62,809 nucleotides of DNA, from positions 1 through 62,809 of the forward strand of contig CAZRLY010000001.1 of NCBI GenBank assembly GCA_964601015.1, read 5' to 3'. Shown one piece after another: positions 35,666-45,076 of this stretch (its first letter is position 1; each line of letters starts with the position of its first letter). The notes beneath the pieces are model-generated. The model was not told the origin of the DNA and did not search any database. It was given only the letters and a program-made list of their open reading frames with translations. This DNA is from an uncultured bacterium. Lineage in GTDB: Bacteria > Poribacteria > WGA-4E > DTYX01 > CAZRLY01. The position numbers and the translations under genes are program-made.

Positions 35666-36886
35666 TCACTCCTCTACGATAATCTTTGCAAATCGGCGTC
35701 CCACATTCAGGATAGCGCCATTTTCTACTGGCACATCTATTGGCTCAGTGATTTTCTCATCGTCCAAAGTTACCCCGCCGCCTTCTACCAATCTTCTGGC
35801 TTCTCCGTTGGTTGTCGCAAATGAGACGTGCCTCAGCAGACGAACTATCCAGATTTTGTCGTCTTTAAACAGACTTTTCGGGACTGTTACATCTGGTATA
35901 TCTGAGGGGAGTTCTTTCTCTTTGAATACCCTGTTGAATTCGGCTTCTGCGGTTGTAGCGGCTTCGTTGCCGTGATAAATTGTAACGATTTTTCGGGCTA
36001 AACGCTGTTTGACATCCATTTTATGTGATGTCTTATCGGCAAGGGCTTTTTCTATTTCTTGAATTTCAGACATCGGTATGCTGGTAGCCAATTCAAAATA
36101 TTGAATCATCGGCTCGTCGGGGATGGACATCACCTTTCCATACATCTCATTGGGCGGCTCTGTTATCCCGATGTAGTTGCCGAGCGATTTACTCATCTTC
36201 TCTATGCCGTCTGTGCCGACCAAAAGGGGCATTGCGATAACGACTTGCGGTTCTTGTCCGTATTCACGTTGCAAATCGCGCCCCACCAGATTGTTAAAAA
36301 TCTGGTCAGTTCCACCCATCTCAATGTCGGATTCTATCGCCACCGAATCGTATCCTTGACAAAGTGGATACAAAATTTCGTGCATGTACAGCGGTTGATT
36401 TTCGTTTAGGCGGTTGGTGAAATCGTCGCGTTCTAAGACTCTGGCTACGGTATATTTTGAGGCAAGTTTGATGACATCGGCAAAGTTCATTTTGCCGAGC
36501 CAATCACTATTGTAGTGAATCTCAGTTTTACTTTCGTCAAGAATCAGGTAAAGCTGTTGAAGGTAGGTTTTCGCGTTTTCATCGACTTCCTCGCGGTTGA
36601 GCATGGGACGGGTTTTGGATTTCTCAGATGGGTCCCCTATCATCGCTGTAAAATCGCCAATTATCAAACAGACTTGATGTCCCACATCCTGAAATTCCCT
36701 TAGTTTACGCAAGACAACGGCAAACCCCAAATGGATGTCCGGCGAAGTGGGGTCAATTCCGAGTTTCACCCGCAACGGGCGTTCTTCTTTTTGTGATGTT
36801 TCCAATTTTTTAACCAGTTCGTCTTCTGGGATAATTGCCGCTGTACCACGCTTGATGATTACTAATTGTTCATCTACAGGTAACAT
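35666..36886 (-). CDS. tyrS: Tyrosyl-tRNA synthetase
   Basis: HIGH-type 'PDIHLGFAV', 'KMSKSLGN', and a C-terminal S4-like domain 'ARRLVEGGGVTLDDEKI'. Confidence 0.93.
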   Translation of the reverse strand: MLPVDEQLVIIKRGTAAIIPEDELVKKLETSQKEERPLRVKLGIDPTSPDIHLGFAVVLRKLREFQDVGHQVCLIIGDFTAMIGDPSEKSKTRPMLNREEVDENAKTYLQQLYLILDESKTEIHYNSDWLGKMNFADVIKLASKYTVARVLERDDFTNRLNENQPLYMHEILYPLCQGYDSVAIESDIEMGGTDQIFNNLVGRDLQREYGQEPQVVIAMPLLVGTDGIEKMSKSLGNYIGITEPPNEMYGKVMSIPDEPMIQYFELATSIPMSEIQEIEKALADKTSHKMDVKQRLARKIVTIYHGNEAATTAEAEFNRVFKEKELPSDIPDVTVPKSLFKDDKIWIVRLLRHVSFATTNGEARRLVEGGGVTLDDEKITEPIDVPVENGAILNVGRRFAKIIVEE

Positions 36887-36931
36887 AGCTAAATTTTCCT
36901 CCGATGGTAATGTTGATTATTTTAGTGAACA

Positions 36932-37369
36932 TTATTCAATAAATCGGACGGGCGGATGAAGTCCCAAGGTGCGCCAATAATGACGCTGATTTACTATTCG
37001 TTCTCGTTTCATCTGTAAAGCTTCTACTGTTGCCCTACCACACATTGTCCGTCCAATAATTCTGTTATAATCTTCGTTCCACTGGAAATGTCGTGTCCAA
37101 CGCTGACGACGCGGATGGAATAGTTCAACGCGCCGCCCCGTTTGCTGGTCAATTGCCCTCACCTGCATATATTTTGCCATATTGCAAGCAGGGCATGCAA
37201 GCGCCAGGTTGTCAAGAGTAGTCTTTCCGCCCAGTACTTGAGGGTATATGTGGTCAATCTGAAATGTCCCAATACCAAGTTCTTGTTGATTACCGCAATA
37301 TTCACAGATGCCATCCGCTCTCGCCATCACTCGCTGGCGTAGTTTATCAGAGACAGAATGTCGGGTCAT
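36932..37369 (-). CDS. HNH endonuclease
   Basis: 'CEYCGNQ...FQIDHIYPQVLGGKTTLDNLALACPACNMAKY' is a complete HNH/CxxC motif set. The start overlaps the upstream stop as ATGA. Confidence 0.85.
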   Translation of the reverse strand: MTRHSVSDKLRQRVMARADGICEYCGNQQELGIGTFQIDHIYPQVLGGKTTLDNLALACPACNMAKYMQVRAIDQQTGRRVELFHPRRQRWTRHFQWNEDYNRIIGRTMCGRATVEALQMKRERIVNQRHYWRTLGLHPPVRFIE

Positions 37370-37710
37370 TTTTCTTCCTCGCTGGCATATCGATACATCG
37401 CTTGAGCTTTTTCCAATGTTTTTTGGTCAAATTCTTCCACAAGCGCTGCAAGTTCGCTACGTTCTGCTTCGGTAATTGTGCCCGCGTTATTTTTATCAAT
37501 CAAATCGTCCAGGCGTTCCTGTTTCTCCCGTGGAAAGCGATATGCAATTGCTGAGTGCAAGTCCAACATTGTATCCAGTTCAGAAAGCCTTTTTAATCGC
37601 TTTGCTCGATACTCTGTTTCGAACTGCATCAGTTCGTTATCCGTCAACTGCTCTATTGCTTGAAGCAGTTGTTCCATAGTCAATTCTACTTCTAATTGTA
37701 TCGCTGGCAT
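37366..37710 (-). CDS. Small helical protein translationally coupled to the HNH endonuclease
   Basis: Paralog of 16433-16741. ATG after AGGAGG. ATGA overlap with the HNH gene. Confidence 0.55.
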   Translation of the reverse strand: MPAIQLEVELTMEQLLQAIEQLTDNELMQFETEYRAKRLKRLSELDTMLDLHSAIAYRFPREKQERLDDLIDKNNAGTITEAERSELAALVEEFDQKTLEKAQAMYRYASEEEK

Positions 37711-37786
37711 TATTTGCCTTCCTCCTTTCAAACTCAGGGTTTCTCGCTCTATAGGACAATGTTATATTCGCTCGCAACACAAGATT

Positions 37787-38530
37787 CTACAATTTCACCG
37801 TAAAATACCGCCACTTCGATTCTGAGCCGACTGTTATTCCATAACCGATGGCATCTACACGCCAACGATACCTCTTGCCATCTTCCAGTGGTTGGGTAGC
37901 TTCACTATCTTCGTCGTAGAAAGCCATGGGCTTTTCAAAGGGGAATCTTTCGTGACTTTTCCAAATCACTTGCCAAGGAGTTTTTTTATCCTCTGTATTT
38001 ACATATACATGTACAACATGAGACTGTGCATCGCTAACCACCAACCAAGTAAAAACAGGAGATAGTGTATTTATTACCGATTGGTTAGGCGGTTCTATTA
38101 AAGCAGGTTTCGGTAGCAACATATACGATGCTATTTCAGACATTCTGCTTTCATTACCATCCTCATCATAAGCGGTGACTCGATAATAATATCTGGTTCC
38201 TATGCGCACATCGTTATCCTCATAAAATACCTCCGCTTTTGACAAAGTCTCTATCAGTTTATACCCGCCGTCCGCTTTCGTACTGCGGTAAACTTTGTAT
38301 CCCACCAAATCTTCCTCCGTATTTGCATCCCATTCGATATAGATGCCATCTGTATCGGCTAAAGCATCCGCTCCCCATTCGTCGTCGGGGGTGTCCGGGT
38401 TATTGGTATGAATCTTAGGGATTGCGGGCGGACCGGTTTCCGGCTCTTCATCGGTGGTAGGTGTGTCTCCGCAGTTCCAAAAGGATAACGTTAATAATAA
38501 AAAAATCACAATGGAAATTGATGCCCTCAT
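37787..38530 (-). CDS. Secreted fibronectin type III-domain protein
   Basis: Signal peptide MRASISIVIFLLLTLSFWNC. 'YKVYRS...YYYRVTAYDEDGNES' is an FN3 signature. A second beta-sandwich follows. Confidence 0.6.
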   Translation of the reverse strand: MRASISIVIFLLLTLSFWNCGDTPTTDEEPETGPPAIPKIHTNNPDTPDDEWGADALADTDGIYIEWDANTEEDLVGYKVYRSTKADGGYKLIETLSKAEVFYEDNDVRIGTRYYYRVTAYDEDGNESRMSEIASYMLLPKPALIEPPNQSVINTLSPVFTWLVVSDAQSHVVHVYVNTEDKKTPWQVIWKSHERFPFEKPMAFYDEDSEATQPLEDGKRYRWRVDAIGYGITVGSESKWRYFTVKL

Positions 38531-38845
38531 TTTTAACTCCCTTCACAGGAATACCCTTCTAATGTTTGACTCTACAAATACGTCCACTGTCGGGGCAGCG
38601 CCTCGTGAAAAGCCGCTTTACCAAGAGCGTCGCTCCGAACCCACACTACGCTACGCATTTGCCCTGTGGCTGACATAGCTTATCTTCTCATCTTTCTCCA
38701 GTGCTCTTTCGCAATTCCTCACAAGTCTCTTCACTTCCAGCCGCATACCCTGGGGCGTCTCTGGCTTTTCCAGCACCTTTTGAAAAAGCAACAAGGCTTC
38801 CGCTTGCCGCCCTGCCATTCGGTAACACGATGCTGCGCTAACTAG

Positions 38846-38986
38846 TATCTGTTGATTTTCTAGTTAAATGGCATACCCACAACGCTCCCGTCGGATTGGC
38901 AAATCCGACGGACGCTGGCATGGATTTCGATTGGCGTCGTGGATTTGCCAATCCACGACGAGCAGGGACGACTTTTTCAACAGATA
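38846..38986. mobile_element. 141-bp MITE-like element with 10-bp terminal inverted repeats flanked by CTAG
   Basis: CTAG-TATCTGTTGA (38842-38855) ... TCAACAGATA-CTAG (38977-38990). The interior holds paired-hairpin copy 2 (38884-38963): CCGTCGGATTGGCAAATCCGACGG and CGTCGTGGATTTGCCAATCCACGACG. Confidence 0.6.
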
Positions 38987-39239
38987 CTAGGTAGTTTTCA
39001 AAGATAAAGTTTCGCTTTTTTTGGGGACGCAGAGAGCGCAAAGAGGCGAAGGACGCAAAGAAAAAAGGTGTCTCTTTCCCTCTGCGTCCAAAGGAGGCTA
39101 ATTATAAAGTCATTTCATAAAGTTTAATATTGAAAATTACCTAATGCCACCAAGCAGTTAAGAACATGTTCAATATCAAGATTCGGATGACACTGCTCAA
39201 TGTCCTCAATGTTGAATGTCAGAATCTTGTTATTTTTCT

Positions 39240-39713
39240 TCACACGGACGGTGCCTCCTCCATCTCAGCAATTCTCCTTATTCGTCTGACGTGTCTCTCC
39301 TCTTCTGTAAATTTTGTATTCAGCCATGTACGCACAATATCACGCGCTAATTCTGTCGCTGTGATTCTCGCGCCGAGCGTCAGTACGTTGGAATCGTTGT
39401 GTTCCCTTGCTATGTGTGCCATGTCAGTATTATAACAGGCGGTAGCGCGAATCTTTGGCACTTTGTTCGTTGCGATGGCAATTCCCATTCCCGTTCCGCA
39501 GATGGCGATTCCACAGCCGCACTTACCCTTTGATACTGCTCCTCCCACTAACTTTCCGTAAACCGGGTAATCACATGATTCCGGCGTATCTGTTCCAAAA
39601 TCTTGATATTCGTATCCCAACTCGGTAAGAAATTCCTTGATGTTTTTCTTCAATTCAAAACCTGCGTGGTCAGAACCAATTGCTATCTTCCTTGAATTTT
39701 GCTGCATTTTCAC
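39240..39713 (-). CDS. rpiB: Ribose-5-phosphate isomerase B (RpiB/LacAB family)
   Basis: 'IAIGSDHAGFELK', 'GIAICGTGMGIAIATNK' and 'ARITATELA' motifs. Confidence 0.9.
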   Translation of the reverse strand: MKMQQNSRKIAIGSDHAGFELKKNIKEFLTELGYEYQDFGTDTPESCDYPVYGKLVGGAVSKGKCGCGIAICGTGMGIAIATNKVPKIRATACYNTDMAHIAREHNDSNVLTLGARITATELARDIVRTWLNTKFTEEERHVRRIRRIAEMEEAPSV

Positions 39714-39945
39714 CGGGCCTCCTGATAATTTCTACAAGACAGTTTGCAAAAATACACACAAAGATTATAGAACGCGGATGACGCTGATTTGGCGGATGCT
39801 CGCGGAGCAGACGTGCTTAACCTTTCTGCTAAAATGAAACAAATCAGCGAAAATCAGCTTAATCCGCGCTATCCGCGTTCTATTCAAAAATACAAAGTTT
39901 ATCATTCAAAAATACCTAATCTTCAATCGTCAATATTCAATCCAA

Positions 39946-41646
39946 TCACCTGCGCATCATTTCATCCAGCATGCGTCTTGCCTCCCCGCTTTCCTCCGAT
40001 TCTGGATATTCCTCTACGATTTTTTGGAGGATGTGTTTTGCCGCCTCCGTTTTCTCTTTGGATGGTTTGAGGAGACACATAGCCTTTCTGAATTTTGCAT
40101 GTAGCGCTCTTGAACCTTCCGGGGCGATTTGCAGAATCTGCTCGATATACTCAATGGATTTCTCTGCTTCGCCCATTCTTTCGTAGCATCGACTCAAACC
40201 GTCAAGAGACTCCATCGCAAATATCAGGTCATTTTGCTCTTTCATCTTTTCGTACAAAACGATGGCACCTTCACAATCCTCCATCTCTTCAAGCATGTGG
40301 GCTAAATTGCGCGATATATCCATCTCCGTTATTTTGTCTGGTGCCTCTTTAATCGCGTCGCGCAGCAAATTGACCGCCAATTCAGGTTGCCCGAATTCAA
40401 TTAGTTGATGTGAAAAGCGCGTTGCCGCCCGAATTTTTACTCTTCGTATGGGCGATTCCTTCGCCAATTTTACTACAATTTCCAATGCTTCATCTTGCCG
40501 TCCCACTTCCATGAGCAGATTGATTGCCGACATCTGCGCTTCGGCAGCCTGTTGCGTATTCGGATATTTGCTCACAACTTCCCCGTAGACTTGTAAAGCC
40601 TCTTCAATTTGTCCGGCATGTTGATAAACTTTACCGATATCTCTGAGAGCCTCCAATGCTATTGGCGATACGATCTCACCGCTTGCTAACTTTCGTAACA
40701 TTGCAATAGCTTTCTCCGTTTCGCCTATACTTACATAGCTTTCCGCAGCCTTCCTGTAAGCCTCTACTGATTCATAATAGCCTTCGTATTTTGTACCCGC
40801 CATGTATGCTTCCGTTGCCGCCGCCGGGTCAATTTTCGACAGAATATCTCCCTTTCTCAACGCGGCATGAGCCGCTTCCCACGTATCAGGATACTTTGAT
40901 ATAACCTCATCACATAGCGCGACTGCTTTATCAAACATACCCTTCTGTTCATAACGTTCGAGCATCCTCTCTACTATTTCAAATGGCATGATATCTGTTC
41001 GGATGCGGGCATAATACTTGATGGCTGCTTCATCCTCCCCGCGTTTTGCGTAAATATCGCCAAGCCTTGCCAGCGTACGGAGAGTGCGTCTATGTAGCGG
41101 ATAATCTTTTTGCATCTTATCGGCAATCTCCGCAACTTCCTTCAACATTCCCCTCTTCGCATAGGTTTCTGCCATGATTGCCATAGCTTCCAACGCAAAC
41201 TCTTCACCAACATATTTCGGCGCAATTGCATCATACCACCTCTTAACCTCCTCCGTGTTGTTCTGCTCATGAGCAAATCGCATCATCTGCAACGATGCTT
41301 CAGCAGCTTCAGAAGGATTGCCGGCGTTTCTTAACATCTCCTGCAACATCTCATCTGCTTCCTCTTTTTTGCCCGTTTTTATGTAATAGTCAATTATCTT
41401 ATTCTGCGCCCATTTTGCCTCCCATGTCCACGGGAAATTTTCCACCATCTTCTGGCATTCCTTGACAGCTTCCTCCACCTTCCCTTCGTCGAAAAGTTTT
41501 TGTATCTCTTCAGGCGTGAGAGCTTGGTATATCTCCTCTTCGCCCTCCTCTATTTCCTCGGCTTCCTCCTGCGCCACAGCCTGCATAAACGCGGATGAAG
41601 CAATAAACACGGTTAAAACTAAGATTAACGCAAATTTAATACGCAT
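39946..41646 (-). CDS. Secreted tetratricopeptide-repeat protein
   Basis: Signal peptide MRIKFALILVLTVFIASSAFMQAVA after GGAGG. TPR-like A/Y/G periodicity throughout. Confidence 0.8.
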   Translation of the reverse strand: MRIKFALILVLTVFIASSAFMQAVAQEEAEEIEEGEEEIYQALTPEEIQKLFDEGKVEEAVKECQKMVENFPWTWEAKWAQNKIIDYYIKTGKKEEADEMLQEMLRNAGNPSEAAEASLQMMRFAHEQNNTEEVKRWYDAIAPKYVGEEFALEAMAIMAETYAKRGMLKEVAEIADKMQKDYPLHRRTLRTLARLGDIYAKRGEDEAAIKYYARIRTDIMPFEIVERMLERYEQKGMFDKAVALCDEVISKYPDTWEAAHAALRKGDILSKIDPAAATEAYMAGTKYEGYYESVEAYRKAAESYVSIGETEKAIAMLRKLASGEIVSPIALEALRDIGKVYQHAGQIEEALQVYGEVVSKYPNTQQAAEAQMSAINLLMEVGRQDEALEIVVKLAKESPIRRVKIRAATRFSHQLIEFGQPELAVNLLRDAIKEAPDKITEMDISRNLAHMLEEMEDCEGAIVLYEKMKEQNDLIFAMESLDGLSRCYERMGEAEKSIEYIEQILQIAPEGSRALHAKFRKAMCLLKPSKEKTEAAKHILQKIVEEYPESEESGEARRMLDEMMRR

Positions 41647-41888
41647 AATTTGTACCTCCAGTCTAAAATTTGATTTACCTTTTAATTTAGCATATTTTAT
41701 CAAGCGCGTCAAGCAAAATCCTAATGACACCTCCCTTCATGTGAAGAGATTTTTCGGTGTATCGCATATTTCAATTGACAAAAAGGTTACAACAATGAAA
41801 ACAAAAAGACAAATACTTTTTGACCCTTTGGGATTTTGTGGAGAAATGAATCTTGGAAACCAAGGTTTGAATCAATGAATTGTAAAAA

Positions 41889-41920
41889 GCACGAAAATTC
41901 TTTCATGGGGAATTTCTGAC
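41889..41920. repeat. Two sequence blocks shared with the 3493-3550 intergenic region
   Basis: GCACGAAAATTC (41889-41900) is the reverse complement of 3493-3504. ATGGGGAATTTCTGAC (41905-41920) is the reverse complement of 3535-3550. Confidence 0.5.
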
Positions 41921-42113
41921 TGTACTATCACATATTGTTTGAGAATCCTCTCGTAGTGGGACTCTAAGCTTTTGATACTTCATCATAATAGGTAACCGCG
42001 CGCGCGGGCTTGTTTGGAAGTATCGGTATTCTCCTCCCCGAATGGCCGCAGTAAAACAAAATTATCAAGCATTTAGTGATATGTACCCAGACAAATTTAT
42101 TTAATGGTACACT

Positions 42114-42173
42114 GCTCGACTTGGATTGCTAAATCCAAGTCTTTCCCGATGGATTTAGCAATCCATCGGGAGC
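42114..42173. repeat. Paired-hairpin (REP/BIME-like) element, copy 3 (loop variant)
   Basis: GCTC-GACTTGGATTGCTAAATCCAAGTC (42118-42141) ... CCCGATGGATTTAGCAATCCATCGGG (42145-42170)-AGC. Confidence 0.75.
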
Positions 42174-42375
42174 GGCGAATATGAAAATAATTATGTCCGA
42201 CTACTTAGTAGACGATTACAAAATGACCTCTAAAGCCCCATGTGGAGCAACTTGGTGCCGTGTTGTCTTAGTGCAAAAGCCGCCCACTACTGGGTTTGAG
42301 AGATCTTTCCCTCCAATGGAGAGAGAAAAAAGACTTCCTGGCAAGATAGAAGAGTGGACATTTTCGTGGAAAATT

Positions 42376-42421
42376 GGTATTCTCCTTTGTGTAAAACAAG
42401 ATTATATTTAAGGAGAATACC
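42376..42421 (+). promoter_or_regulatory. Hairpin sequestering the transposase Shine-Dalgarno
   Basis: GGTATTCTCCTT (42376-42387) is the perfect reverse complement of AAGGAGAATACC (42410-42421). The ATG is at 42423. Confidence 0.55.
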
Positions 42422-42422
42422 G

Positions 42423-43601
42423 ATGAACCATGAATATTCTACCCTTCCTTTTAGCTTTCGTCAAGTCTTTTCTGAAGTTTTATCCGAAGGCGAAGCACTT
42501 GGTCTTGAGAGTGATGTCTTGTTGGCTTTATTACTTCAACCTTTAGTCAGTGCTCATTTCAAGGATGCCGAAGAGAAAATCCATCATAGAATGGATCGGC
42601 TTCGCGCTGCTTGCCATAAGAATGCGACCAAGATTATGCGTCTGTTAATGAAACTCTCCTTGCTTCTATTGGTTGATTTCCTCCTTCGCTATCAAGAAGC
42701 CCAAACACCATCTCAAAAGACTCGTTCTCGTCTGGTTCTCTGTGGTGATGATTCTCTGTTAGTTCACGCCGAGGAGAGTAATCAAGTTGATGTGGTTAAT
42801 CTCTGGAGTACCTTGTATAAGACGTATCGCAAAGCTCATGACTTGGTTCTCCTCGGGGTTACCGTTGGTGCAAAACGGGGTTCTTTTTTCTTCCCCCTCT
42901 GGGTGGAACTATGGCATCAGCCTGGGATGCGAAATCAAACTCGTCCTCAACGGATGGCCGCTGCTCTTTACCGTTTGAAGGAAGCATTAGTTGATTATGG
43001 TCTTTCCCTTGAGGGTATCGATTTTGCTGCTGATAACGGTTATCTCTCACCTGTGGTTGCCAAAGCAGTCAAAGCGTGCAACTTGGTGATGACTACCAAG
43101 CTGAGAAGCAACCAAGAAGTAACCTTACTCTCTGGTGAGAAGATGAGCCTAACCCAAATCAGGGAGCAGATGAAAACTCAACCGATACGCCATGATCCAA
43201 GAGCCGGAAAACAAGCCTATTACTGGAGAACAGAGGCGATTCACCCATATCTGGGAGTGGGAACCCTGGTCATTCAGCGACGCAAATTGCGTAGCGGGGG
43301 ATTTCAATATCACTCTCACTTTAGCCAGCATAAGGATGCCAAAGCAATAACCGTGCTGCAGATTTCGGCGAGACGTTGGCCAGTGGAAGTTTTTTTCCGA
43401 GAATCAAAACAGCAATTCTCATTAGGGCATTTATCCTACCGCAAGTGGTCATCGCTACGGGGGCATGTCGCCATCAGGGGGTTGCTATATTTTATCTTTG
43501 CATTAGTTCGGCGAAAGCTAAAATGGAAAAGAAGCAAGAAAACAATCGGCGCTCTAAAGCGACGATTTAGAGAAGCATTTATGACCCTTTTTACCCCTTG
43601 A
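42423..43601 (+). CDS. IS4/IS701-like DDE transposase
   Basis: Candidate DDE residues in 'LVLCGDDSLLV', 'IDFAADNGYLS' and 'RRWPVEVFFRESKQQFSL' (the Y/R-x-x-R-x3-E-x6-K type signature of IS4-related transposases). Confidence 0.8.
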   Translation: MNHEYSTLPFSFRQVFSEVLSEGEALGLESDVLLALLLQPLVSAHFKDAEEKIHHRMDRLRAACHKNATKIMRLLMKLSLLLLVDFLLRYQEAQTPSQKTRSRLVLCGDDSLLVHAEESNQVDVVNLWSTLYKTYRKAHDLVLLGVTVGAKRGSFFFPLWVELWHQPGMRNQTRPQRMAAALYRLKEALVDYGLSLEGIDFAADNGYLSPVVAKAVKACNLVMTTKLRSNQEVTLLSGEKMSLTQIREQMKTQPIRHDPRAGKQAYYWRTEAIHPYLGVGTLVIQRRKLRSGGFQYHSHFSQHKDAKAITVLQISARRWPVEVFFRESKQQFSLGHLSYRKWSSLRGHVAIRGLLYFIFALVRRKLKWKRSKKTIGALKRRFREAFMTLFTP

Positions 43602-43749
43602 GAGTGTGAACATGACATACCCCCTGATGCAAAAAAGTGCATCACAAAAAACTTTGCTGGCTAAAAGAAAAATGAGGGGTGGCTTTCCTTCTTTTGACCA
43701 GCACTAACTAGTACACGTGCGCGCAAATTTTTGACCCATCTCTCGATTT

Positions 43750-43850
43750 AGGGGAGTAGGCGAGTAAAAGAGAGCATTGGAGCGTTGGAGCGTTGGAGCA
43801 AAAGAGAACATTGGAGCTTTTGCCCCATCTCCCCAATGCCCCAGCGCTCT
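43750..43850. repeat. Octamer short tandem repeats (RTTGGAGC) between convergent genes inside the element
   Basis: ATTGGAGC GTTGGAGC GTTGGAGC (43775-43798), then ATTGGAGC again at 43809-43816, followed by a C-rich partially complementary tract. Confidence 0.7.
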
Positions 43851-43884
43851 TTATCGTCCACATATCCACTCAAACAAAGGGAGG

Positions 43885-44784
43885 TTAAGAACTTACGCCC
43901 ACATGTACTAGAAACTCGTTGAAATCCTTATAGTCGGCGTACAGGTCGGACTTGTCCAGAAGGTCAACGCCTTGTAGCTCGTTCCTGAAATGCTCAGTTA
44001 GTTCTCTCCCGCTCTGGTCGCGGTCAAGGTATAGGTAAACCTTATTCACTCCCATTTCCTTGATAGCTTCTACTGTCCTGTCCTTCATCGCTACAGAGTT
44101 CATCACAATCACTGGTGTGGTGATGTCCTTGCCATAATGAGTGAGAGCCGATAGAAAGTCGATGAATCCTTCAAAGACCGTCACAGCGTCCACTTCCTCC
44201 CCTGCTTTTCTTTTAGCCAGCAATTCCTTTTTTCCAATAATTGTTATATTCTTCGTGCCGTGTACCCCTTTGAAATAGGGGTTTCTGAGTTCATGTCCTT
44301 CGCTTTCGTTCTTGAACGCAAGCGCAAAGTAATTCTTGCCCTTCCGTGTGTAGTAAATTTCCTTCACGTAAGGACGGGCGGTGTATTCGGATATGCCATG
44401 TCCTCTTAGATACTCGGTCAATGCTCTGTTTTGTAGCGATTGAATCTTTCGGACTTCTAGCGGATTACTGGTGATTTTGGTCGGGGTTATAGGTTTAACG
44501 GGTTCTATCCTCTGTTGCCCCATCAGATTTTCAAGCTGACGTAGTGCTTTGGAGATAGAGGCAAGGTTGTAATACTCCATAACGAAATCAAGGACATTTC
44601 CGCCTTTACCTTCTCCGAAGTCATGCCAGATGTTCCGCTCCACATTGACGCTAAATGATGGTTCGGTTTCCTTCCGCAAGGGACTGAAGTATAGAAGCTC
44701 GTCTCTGTGTTGATGATGCGGCTGATGTCCGAGCTGGTCAAGTATTTCACTCAGTGGTATCTGTTTCGCTTGCTTGCTGTTCAT
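43885..44784 (-). CDS. Toprim-domain primase-like protein of mobile-element type
   Basis: The N-terminus 'MNSKQAKQIPLSEILDQLGH...YFSPLRKETEPSFSVNVERNIWHDFGEGKGGNVLDFV' matches the degenerate CHC2-finger/Toprim proteins common on mobilisable transposons. The C-terminal 'VFEGFIDFLS...YLYLDRDQSG' is Toprim-like. Confidence 0.65.
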   Translation of the reverse strand: MNSKQAKQIPLSEILDQLGHQPHHQHRDELLYFSPLRKETEPSFSVNVERNIWHDFGEGKGGNVLDFVMEYYNLASISKALRQLENLMGQQRIEPVKPITPTKITSNPLEVRKIQSLQNRALTEYLRGHGISEYTARPYVKEIYYTRKGKNYFALAFKNESEGHELRNPYFKGVHGTKNITIIGKKELLAKRKAGEEVDAVTVFEGFIDFLSALTHYGKDITTPVIVMNSVAMKDRTVEAIKEMGVNKVYLYLDRDQSGRELTEHFRNELQGVDLLDKSDLYADYKDFNEFLVHVGVSS

Positions 44785-45076
44785 CTTCTGAACTTTCCAG
44801 TTGTTTCGGTTCTTCAAACATATCAATAGTCTTGTCATCACGTTCCTGTTTGCGCTTCTTGATGTAGGTTTTGGCAAACGTTACACGACTACCGTTAAAT
44901 ACTATCATTGGGTTGATGAAGTAGACATTGGAAAGTGTACTGCGAGCTAGAGAACCTTGTCTGATTAGTTCTCCAACCCCTTTGAATACACTATTTACCG
45001 ATTTATAGCCTGTCTGCTACATGCATTCTTTAGGGTCAAAGATTATCCTATCCTCATTCATTCTCAGGATTTTCAT
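44747..45076 (-). pseudogene. Winged-helix (RepL-like?) gene interrupted by an in-frame TAG
   Basis: ATG at 45076, and an in-frame TAG at 45017-45019 after 19 codons. The frame then continues for 89 codons ('...GELIRQGSLARSTLSNVYFINPMIVFNGSRVTFAKTYIKKRK...') to the TGA at 44747, overlapping the Toprim start. Confidence 0.35.

Noticed and set aside
38651-38818. A 55-codon minus-strand ORF (MAGRQAEALLLFQKVLEKPETPQGMRLEVKRLVRNCERALEKDEK...) that looks like the C-terminal end of a TPR protein, possibly cut off by the MITE insertion.
   Set aside because: It is too short and low in information to distinguish a gene remnant from chance. No N-terminal continuation was found on the other side of the element.
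38838-39041. Track ORF 38838..39041 (-), 67 aa.
   Set aside because: It is encoded almost entirely by the MITE-like element and its GGATT-N4-AATCC hairpins ('GLANPRR...GFANPTG').
39130-39239. An open frame downstream of rpiB reading KNNKILTFNIEDIEQCHPNLDIEHVLNCLVALGNFQY*, which looks protein-like.
   Set aside because: It has no ATG, GTG or TTG start in frame, and I could not recognise a family. It may be a gene remnant but is unsupported.
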